This document shows positions 55,265 through 64,000 of a stretch of 64,000 bases of DNA, one piece after another (positions within the stretch are counted from its first letter, which is position 1; each line of letters starts with the position of its first letter). Made by a program: the position numbers and the translations under genes. The notes under the pieces are model-generated. The model saw only the letters and a list, made by a program, of their open reading frames with translations. It was not told where the DNA came from and did not search any database. This DNA comes from Psilocybe cubensis (Eukaryota): assembly GCA_017499595.2 (NCBI GenBank), contig CM039008.1:806001-870000 (forward strand), given 5' to 3'.

Positions 55265-56368
55265 TCATTGTTCATCGTCCTCTGCAACCTCGGATTCATC
55301 GTCTTCTTCTTCGTCAGAGTCCACTTCTTCGAAAGAAAACGGCATTTCTTTTCCATTTCCCACTCTCCAAAATTTCCATTCGACCTTCTCGAGCCGCGGT
55401 GGTATTAGATATGGCGACCACTTGTCAAGATCTCCTGGTTGTATACCATTCTTTCGAGCAACCCAAACTGTCCGAAAGGATTCATCTTCGTACATCAAAG
55501 ACATGCACCGGTCGCACTCTCCAGACCAAAGATTGTCGTTGACTTTGTCGGAGAGCCCAGTAATCGGAAGCCCAGGGCCAAAATCAGGCAATCGAATGAA
55601 GACCTCTTTCAGAGATTGAAGGGGAAACAAGACACGAGAGTAATGATACTGATAGAAAAGAACATGTGTCAGTTTACCGCCAGGGAGAGGAAAGGGGGAC
55701 AGACGGGTAAGCCCAGGCCATTTGAGTACGAAATGATTGCTGGAGAAGGTGATGGAAGTCGAACAAGGATGCACGTATGGCAAAGGCCGCACCATATCCT
55801 CAAGAAATCCAGTTTAAGGGTAACCAAATCGCGAAAAGGAGAAACCAATGCCATCAAAAGCATGGGCGAAGGGTGCCGTACCCCGCGTATGTCGAGGTGT
55901 TTTACTTGAGATTCCAAATTTTTGAGGAGTGGTTGACCTCCGTCGCCAATATCGGAGACACCTATACAAAGCCAGTCAATCCTCAATGACGATAGACGTG
56001 TGAAGCCGGCAAGGTCCCAATGCGTCGCTTTTCTATCTTTTTCCTGGACGCAGTGTATGTGTCTGAAAACAAAATGAGTTGGGATATTTGAAGTTGATGA
56101 TCACAAAGCGACAGCACCTGCACCAGCTTGTCTTGAGAACAGGAAAATAGGAATCACTTGTTTTCAGGTCTTCTGCTGAAACAATATACAGTTGACGAAA
56201 CCATAAAGCTAGGCCAATGAGGCGAAACTCCCGGCACGACAAAGTAAAAGAACGAATGAGATCCCATGGTGGCTTTATGTTCTGTCCGATTGTTTCCTTG
56301 GGCTCCGGAATGGTAAGGATACAGTGCACGATTTCAGTGACAAGTTCCAGTGGTAGATTATGGTGCAT
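55265..56368 (-). CDS. F-box-like uncharacterised protein with acidic C-terminal tail
   Basis: MHHNLPLELVTEIVHCIL (F-box-like), IWCGLCHTC and WSGECDRCM Cys pairs, tail EEVDSDEEEDDESE. The ORF blocks can be joined by GT-AG introns. Confidence 0.65.
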
Positions 56369-56957
56369 GTTATTATGAAGTCAATAGCATATCAACGAGA
56401 GGTAGGCTGGACTTCTACTGGGGCCATCATTTTCAAGCAATCTCCGACACAATGTGAGTGCCATATGATAGGGGCCTGGTACCGAAGGGTGTACTTACAT
56501 CAACTGACTACCCTTTGACGCTGCCTTTATATGAATTCTATTGGAACTAAGCTTGACGAATAATCAAAGTAGTTGTTCGGACTGCTGAATCACACTCAGG
56601 ATGCGGACCGCTAATTATTGACTTACCCGCTCTGGCATGACGTTTCCATTCATCATGACCATGGCCTTTTAGATACCTTTTGGCAACAGACACTCTACTT
56701 CACATGCAGCCGTTGAACACCATAGAAAAACCATCGATTTACCTCACGTTCACCTATTCAAAAGTGCCCAAAGGAAGCTTCGATGTCAACGTCGCAACTC
56801 GGATTGGAGTCGATGGCGCGGGCGGTACGATCAATCGATACATTCTAGTGGCGGCTTGGTATGTGCAGCCGCCTGATTAAGTGAAGAGGGTCCAAGCTTG
56901 AATGTTGCGTATCGTTCCCCCTGTTGGATTATCCACAGTTCGTTGTGAACCACTTCT

Positions 56958-59105
56958 ATGTCGTTGACTAGGACACGCAAAGCCCTGAAGCTATCACTTT
57001 TTCTGGTGGCTGCTGTACTTTTCGTCTTCATTGCCTTTCAAAACATTGCTCCCTTCCCGATACGAGCTGAAAATGTACGACTGCAACGAATACCACCGCA
57101 AATTCTAGCGGCAAATAGCACTCAACAACTGCCCTTCGAATCCCCAAAGCCGCCACTTGGGAAGCATCTGTATCGCCCCGATGGATTGTTGGAAGTTAAC
57201 AACGACGGTGCACATCCTATATACGAACTTATGTCCCGAGCAGAGGCGGAATGGGTAGCAAAACACGAGCGAGCGAGCAAGACGCTTGAAGACGCTGTTT
57301 CTGAGTACAGGAGACGATATAAGCGAGCACCTCCCAAAGGATTCGATCTCTGGTGAGTGTTCTATTCCGTCCTACATATCGTAAACCGTGCTCAAGCAGC
57401 ATGTATCGGTTTTTTAGGTGGAAATTTGCAGTAGAACATAATGTACAGCTACCGGACGAATACGATCAAATATTCATCGACTTAGAAGCATTCTGGGGGA
57501 TAGAACCAAAGGATCTCATCGAAATTCGAAAGGAGATTGAATCAAAAAAAGGGACTTATACCATTGGCAAGAATGAGACGAGCCAGGTTGAGATCGTGGC
57601 ACACACGTTCGAAGAGGACCAATATCCGAAGCTGGTTAATGGGACAAAAGACCTAATGGGTTTGTTTAGATTGTTTGAGGACGACCTTCCGCCTTTCCGC
57701 ATTACCATGTCGCCGCAGGATAGACCAAACTTACTAAGCGACTACTCGATTAAAGCTGCCACTCTGGAGGCTGCGGCGTCACAGACATGTATTTATATCT
57801 TTTTTAACCTTCGTTTCTTAGCTGAATACTCATATCAATAGATATCCAACGCAGGGCGCTTCCAAAAGTCAAAACAGTAGGGTGGATAGCTGCTTGCCCA
57901 CCAAATTCTCTTGCTCGTCAGAAGACCATTAACCTTGATAGTCCGCCACCGAGACCCTCGAAGAAAACGTTCATCTGGGATCATTTGCAAACGATGGATC
58001 CATGCAACCACCCTAACCATTTTTACCACCACGGTCAATTTCTCTCTCACAATATGGGGCCAAGTCCACAGTCCGCAATGGTTCCGGAATTTTCATACTC
58101 CTCGTCAATGATACATCACGACATTCGATTTCCAGCTCCGTATGGTTGGCTAGAGGACATTTATCCTCTCACTAATAACCCGGAATGGGATGACAGGAAG
58201 GACGAGCGCTTACTGTGGAGAGGCGCGAATACTGGTATATTTCACGGAAAAAACACCCGGTGGGAACAATCACATCGTGACTTTCTTGTCTCGTACACGA
58301 ACAGTCTAGAGGGAACGGTCAATGTACTCCCTTCTAACAGAACCAGGGAGGAGAGACTAGGTGACCTACGTGAGCTCCGCGCTGCCAGAATCAATCCAGC
58401 AGTCATGGATGTCGCTTTCGCTGGGACACCGATATCCTGCTCTCCTGAGATATGTGAAGTTTTGAAAAAAACATTTCCATGGCGCAACAAGCAAAGCATT
58501 CAAGAGGCTGGAAATTACAAATACGTCATTGATGTGAGCCTACACTACTACTGCCTTCTCCTGTTTTTTGGAACGAGATTGGGACTTTTTCCCTGACTGA
58601 TACTTGTTTTAGGTTGATGGAAATGGTTGGTCGGGTCGATTTAAAAAACTCATGACAACCAACTCTCTCGTTTTCAAATCGACCATCTACCCAGAATGGT
58701 GCGTGATATTTTTTGATAATATGATATCTATGTGTGAAGAAAATCTAACGAAACACGGTGCCTCGTTGTCAGGTTTGCAGACCGTGTTGCACCATGGGTG
58801 CACTACGTACCCATCCAAATTGACCTCTCAGATTTGCACGACGCACTAATTTTCTTTCGAGGAGATGGGAATGGTGATGGTGCCCATGAGGACTTGGCTC
58901 GCAAGATCGCGATTGCAGGAAGACAGTGGAGTAAGACGTATTGGAGAAAAGAAGATCTAGCAGCATACTTTTATAGGTAGGTGCATCTGCATGTCAATAT
59001 ATGCGTTTACTTGCGTATTCAATTTCAAATAACAGGTTGTGCCTAGAGTACATTCGACTTATGAGTGCCGACAGGAAGTTAATGAGTTATAAGGATGCCG
59101 CATAA
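56958..59105 (+). CDS. Glycosyltransferase family 90 (CAP10/Cxt1-like beta-1,2-xylosyltransferase)
   Basis: Type II anchor, then AVSEYRRRYKRAPPKGFDLWW, LLWRGANTG and YKYVIDVDGNGWSGRFKKLMTTNSLVFKSTIYPEWFADRVAPWVHYVP. Confidence 0.92.
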
Positions 59106-59230
59106 TTTTCTTTGGAATCTAGATTCTTCAGAGTTAAATAACTATAAAATAACTATCAACACTTCTGGCAATTCAAACAATCAACGAAGGGGGTTTGGGA
59201 TGTATAAACACTATGTACAACACCGGCGTG

Positions 59231-61191
59231 CTAGTATATAGGCATACTGAATACTGTAATACTACCATAAGTGGTCGATTTAGGTATATACTTCTCCAGC
59301 GCGGTCAGATCCTTGCAGGAAAATGTTTTGATCATGACCATTATACCATCCGCGAGGTATTGAAAACAACTGTTATGGGCATATTCCCATTCACATCTTG
59401 AAGTGGCGTCAATGTAATATTAAGCTCTGCACATTAATTCGACATACCGATTGGCTAATTCCTCGAGCGCACCGTCGATGACAATCCAAGGATCCATATC
59501 GGAGCACTTGACCTTATCCCAAACTTCAGCCTTTTCAGCATTGTCTGGCCAAGCTCCCAATAAAGCAACCCAATCTTGTATTCCCTTCGCAAGGTTGGGC
59601 GAGATCGCTTGCTTTGCTTCCTCGTAGTCGCTATCATCCGAATCGTATCCTTTCATAGGGTTGCTGTCTCTGTTCAACGGGCCGTCCTCACCATCTGGAT
59701 AGTCCGAAGCAATATTGGCGAATTTTCTGAGAACTGGTTTCAACTTGGTTTCGTCTTTAAGACGTCGAGGATGCCCTGGTTCTTCCCCATCGTCTGACTC
59801 AGAGTCCGTGACGTACATATCGTCCAGTTCAAATTCCAGCCAATCGGTGGCGTTATCTAGTCCCGGGAATACCTCATCAATTGAATTCCAAACAGAATCT
59901 TTTGCCCGCTTGAGGCCGAATTCGAGAATTTTTAGACCGCGTGCGCGAATCTCCTTAGAGGTTTGGGTAGAGAGATACTTGACAATTGCGCGTAGAGTTG
60001 TGTCAGACATGGTGGAGGAATATGTTGTTATATCGAGTATGCGAAGGAGGGCCTTGGTCTGTTTACATTCCATGAAGATCTCGGCTGCATCAGAATAAGA
60101 TATAGCAGGATATTTAGAAAAGGCATTCTCGCGAACGAATGTGATGAGTTGCTTTTTGAGGGTAGGATACTGTGATACCAGTCGGCGGTAAAGCCCAATC
60201 GTGGGACTTTTCTGAAATTCGGCGATGCGTTCTTGATACTGGCGCTCACACAGTTGAGTGGAAAAGTCTTTCATGGACTGATTCCAATGTTTGTCCCAAA
60301 ATTTATTCCCTTCGGGTTGTTCCCCATTGGCTATGTTGTTAGCAGTAAGGCAAAAGAATCAAAAAAGAGACGGAATTGTACTAACCGGGAAATTGTTGCA
60401 GGAGCCCAAATACTTTGTCCGTCTTTTCAAATTGCTCAATATCATCCAATATCCCGTCAATCGCGATTTTTCGACTCCCTGAAATCACGAGCAATTCCCT
60501 CCACATCCAAACAAGCATATCACCGATACCTCCAGACTTGTTCTATGTCAATACACTGCCATTAGTAGCCGATAATGGATGGAGGTTACATACCACCTTG
60601 TAGATACTTTCCCCACTAGACCCAGATATATTTATATCGAACCTCTGGTCGCCATATTCCGCACTGTTTTTGAGTAATTAGCAAGAGACGAAAGCTTAAA
60701 GGACACTGTTCGACAAACCGGCTTTTGCAGCTCCAAATGTCACCGACGATTGTAGAACACAGAACTAATGATGGTCTTATCAGTTCCGGATCTGCTTCTT
60801 CCTCTGCCATGACTCGCCAGAGTTCCGGAAGCCATTGCACAATTTCTTCAGATATTTCAGACATCATTTCGCTCTGTCTTTCATAACCATCTTTCCAGTC
60901 CCTTTTGCAGTGCTTTTGTAGCGCCCTGATTTTCTCATTGAGAGAACGTTTGTGATCATTATATCCGATAGACTTGACAAAATTTTCGACCGGAAGGGCC
61001 TGGAGTATTGAGCGTGCTAGTTTGATTGCTTTTCGCGAATCAGGCCCCTTTAGTTCGTCTGGATCGATGTTTTCGGCAATGAACAATGCATCAGCAAGGA
61101 GTTCGTTAAGGCGTGAAACAGACGTAGTTTTTGTAGATGGCGTGCCCGCAGTGGAATAACGTCTTTTCTTGGTAGTAGAGGCGCGCGACAT
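59231..61191 (-). CDS. Uncharacterised, probably nuclear, helical protein, about 5 exons
   Basis: Long ORFs 60616-61191 and 59420-60274 link through in-frame GT-AG introns (intermediate exon with LVWMWRELL). It has an N-terminal KKRR basic motif and acidic patches. The terminal exon ends at the TAG at 59231. Confidence 0.6.
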
Positions 61192-61528
61192 GTCTTGACT
61201 GCTTTCTGAAGAAAGGAAGATGACTCGACGTTGTAAAATTTTTGAAACAATGCCCCTAACATTTTACCATAATAGTTAGTTAATAATCCATTTTAAGTTA
61301 AAACTCCAACAACAATTTAAACTCCGATTTGCGGCTTTCACCGCCGCTTTCACACGCCTCGCTACTTGCAATACCTGGACCTTTCCTTGACGATTGCAGT
61401 TTTGCAGACTAACTGACGCAATATTGTTTGTCTTGTATATTAATAAAACATGCACTTTGTTTTCATGTATCTCCAGTTTTCGATGTTTTGTATCTAGAAA
61501 GTCGATGCTGAGGTATGTGTGACCATGA

Positions 61529-62369
61529 TCATGCGGTTGAAGAGTCAAAATTTGGAAGTGTCTCTGGCACGACTTCTCCGCCTACAACAACCGGCTCAGC
61601 ATCGAGAATCACCACCGCATATCTTGCCCAGCCCGGACCAGGGTTCTGATAACCGTGCGTGTTCGCCTTGCGAACAAGAATATCACCTTCTTTGATATGA
61701 AATTCTTCTTTCTCGCCGGGACCCGTGCTTATAACTTCGCCTTTGACTGTCATTATAGCGCCAATGATTAGCAAAGTATAATTATGCATCTTCGAGTAGA
61801 ATATTTTTTGCACGCACTCATTATTATATAATCGATACTGTTGCTTCTATGCTGTTATCCGGTCAAGGAGAGTGAATCCGTGATGAGCTATGATCTTGAA
61901 TATATGAGAAAAATGTGGGACGCACCATAGGGACCTCTGCTCCAGGCGCCAGATCCTGAACAATGAAATTTGTACCATTGCTGTTCACAAAACCGCCGAA
62001 TCGGTCTCCAGGTCTATGTGCCCCGTCAAGTCTGGGCGTCGTAAAGCAAACAAAAGCATTGCATCAATGAAAGTGTATTATACCCATATAAATATTGCAC
62101 ATACTCTTTGCCTGTGTTGCTGTCCTTTGAGGGAGTTTCACTTGTTCTCCATAGAAGGGCAGTTGTAGCACCCCAAAGACCGGTTTCCTGTAATCAATGA
62201 ATATTTAGTTAAAGGAACACGGATTGAGTAACGATTTACTCACATGAAAAGGAATGTTATCTATCGTTGTATTGTTTTCGTCTTTTCCAACTCCACTAAC
62301 GATTCTCGTTAGATTTCTCGATAGCTCTTGTGGTTTTACTGGAGGTGGACGCTGGTGCTCTACGGCCAT
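61529..62369 (-). CDS. Cupin-2 barrel domain protein, 5 exons
   Basis: Spliced ...DLAPGAEVPM/HRSNSIDYIIM/IKGEV...IKEGDILVRKANTHGYQNPGPGWAR, which matches the fungal cupin pattern MHRTxSxDY...GDxxVQRGTxHxWxN. Confidence 0.8.
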
Positions 62370-63197
62370 TGTAAAGTTTCTGAATCGTGATGGTCAGGTA
62401 AGACGTTAGTGCTCTAAACGATCTGTGTGCACCCTATTTATTAAATCACAAGAAGTGGTAGTCTTTATTTACGTAGCCTTCAAACCTATAAGGTGACCCC
62501 AGGTGCGATTTGCCGATGTCAGGTCGGCGCATGTTCCATACCATTTACAGTCAATCTCTACTATTGCAATAACAAACGATTTTTCAACCAGTTTACCCCA
62601 AATTACAGATCCTGAAATATGTGTTCACAACCTAACTTGACATTTCTTCCATTTTAGTCGGGGAGCATGCGTTAGAACTGACCGCACAGGAAGAACATTC
62701 GGACGGGGACGATGAAGCAACGCAATAATAGGTAATGGTTGTAAATGTTGCCCCGGTTCCAACACTCTCCCCAGGCTTACTCGAAGCAAGGGGCCTTAAG
62801 AGATTTAACACATAGGCACCGTGGGTAAAATGTTTATGCCTGATTATGCCCATGACTGTGGTTACAGTGGGCATTGCGGTGAACCCTCTGTCAAGCTCAG
62901 ACACCGAGTTCAACTGTATGAGCCCGCAATCACGGTGTGCCTCAGAAGGGAAACGGTGTATACTATTTGTACGAGTAATCAACGTCCCTATTCGCAGCGG
63001 GCGCTTATTAATAATGCTTTGCCCATCGGCAAAAAGGACAAGATCCCCAAATGCCTTGCCAAGGCATTTGGAGGCGTCCAAAGGCCCCAAGGCCCAAATG
63101 GCCTTTTATATTGACTAATTAGAGACTCGGAAGTCTAAAAGACTCCGAATCCTTGATTCAAACCAAATGTTTTAGGTAGCTCTAAATATAACCCAAT

Positions 63198-63257
63198 CAT
63201 TTGGATAACCTTTGAGAGTCCCGAAAACATTTGGACAACATTTGAGAGACCCAAAAT
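63198..63257 (+). repeat. Degenerate tandem duplication, 30-bp unit x2
   Basis: CATTTGGATAACCTTTGAGAGTCCCGAAAA and CATTTGGACAACATTTGAGAGACCCAAAAT (5 mismatches). Confidence 0.6.
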
Positions 63258-63917
63258 TTTAATTGGTTCACACACTAATGCTCGTATTTTATTCCTAGCA
63301 GCCACGTCAGGCAATCACACAATATAAATAGTAATCAAACGAGAAATTTCATTGAATAGGATTCTAATACAACAGAGGCTACACAGAAACAATATGATTT
63401 GTGACTACACAGCCAACGGGCAAGCGTGTGAAAAGGTTACCATAACTCGCATAATTTGATTGAAGAAGATCTAGAACGATTGAATCATAGTAAGCAAAAT
63501 GTAAAATATATGCGTGTCAAATGCACATATATGCGCATATACTCACATTTAAGTTAACAGAAATGGCTGTATAGTCATTCAAGGTACTGGTAGAGGAAAT
63601 GGAACTTGGTTAGTTGGAGTTGCCCAATGAGACAAGTAAACAATAGTGCTTTACCTTCAAGCTCTGCTCTGTGTGCAAGCATGTTTCGCACTAGCAAGTA
63701 CAGTCATCAGAGCGGTGGAAATGAAAGTGGAAAGAAAGGGACTGGGGGCCGTGTCGTGAATATGTCTCAAGTTATTATACAGAAAAATGAGGTTCAATCT
63801 CCGATTTAATTTGTACATGGACTGGCGTGGTTTTGCGGAAATTGACTCGACTTGACGTCATGTAATAATGCTACGGTCAGCAAAATTTCTCCTTGCAAAA
63901 TCATTTTGTGTGAATTG

Positions 63918-63966
63918 CAATCCCTGTAATCGTTTGGCATGTATTTCAATCCATGTAATCATTTGG
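63918..63966 (+). repeat. Direct repeat, 20-bp core with 29-bp period
   Basis: CAATCCCTGTAATCGTTTGG (63918) and CAATCCATGTAATCATTTGG (63947), 2 mismatches. Confidence 0.55.
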
Positions 63967-64000
63967 ATGGATGTAAATTTGAATTCAAGGTTTTGTGCTT

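Noticed and set aside
62632..63118. Overlapping 90-152 aa ORFs on both strands upstream of the cupin gene
   Set aside because: No recognisable domain, convincing start or splice pattern; cannot be supported as a gene.

Overview
This is intron-rich fungal genomic DNA, most likely from a mushroom-forming basidiomycete (Agaricales-like gene content, short GT-AG introns of about 50-60 nt, micro-exons). About 22 protein-coding genes can be reconstructed by hand-splicing: two paralogous 7TM-like membrane proteins, two F-box-like proteins, a cytochrome P450, a secreted Gly/Asn-rich CFEM protein, an intronless ASCH-associated/toxin-like domain protein, a DUR3 urea transporter, a Ca2+/H+ exchanger, two lactonases, a delta-9 desaturase-cytochrome b5 fusion, an MFS monocarboxylate transporter, a GMC (AA3_2) oxidoreductase with a C-terminal CBM1, a membrane-anchored copper radical oxidase (AA5_1), a BBE-like/AA7 flavo-oxidase, an Ato/Gpr1 acetate transporter, three glycosyltransferase-like genes, a cupin and an unknown protein. 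Two DNA transposons have definable ends: an 813-bp non-autonomous CACTA-type element (436-1248, TGA target duplication) and an apparently intact 3.7-kb Fot1/pogo element (6477-10222, TA duplication, DD35D transposase that needs a GC-AG intron), inserted just upstream of the P450. All calls come from motif recognition only; no database searches were run, and gene ends depend on manual splice inference.
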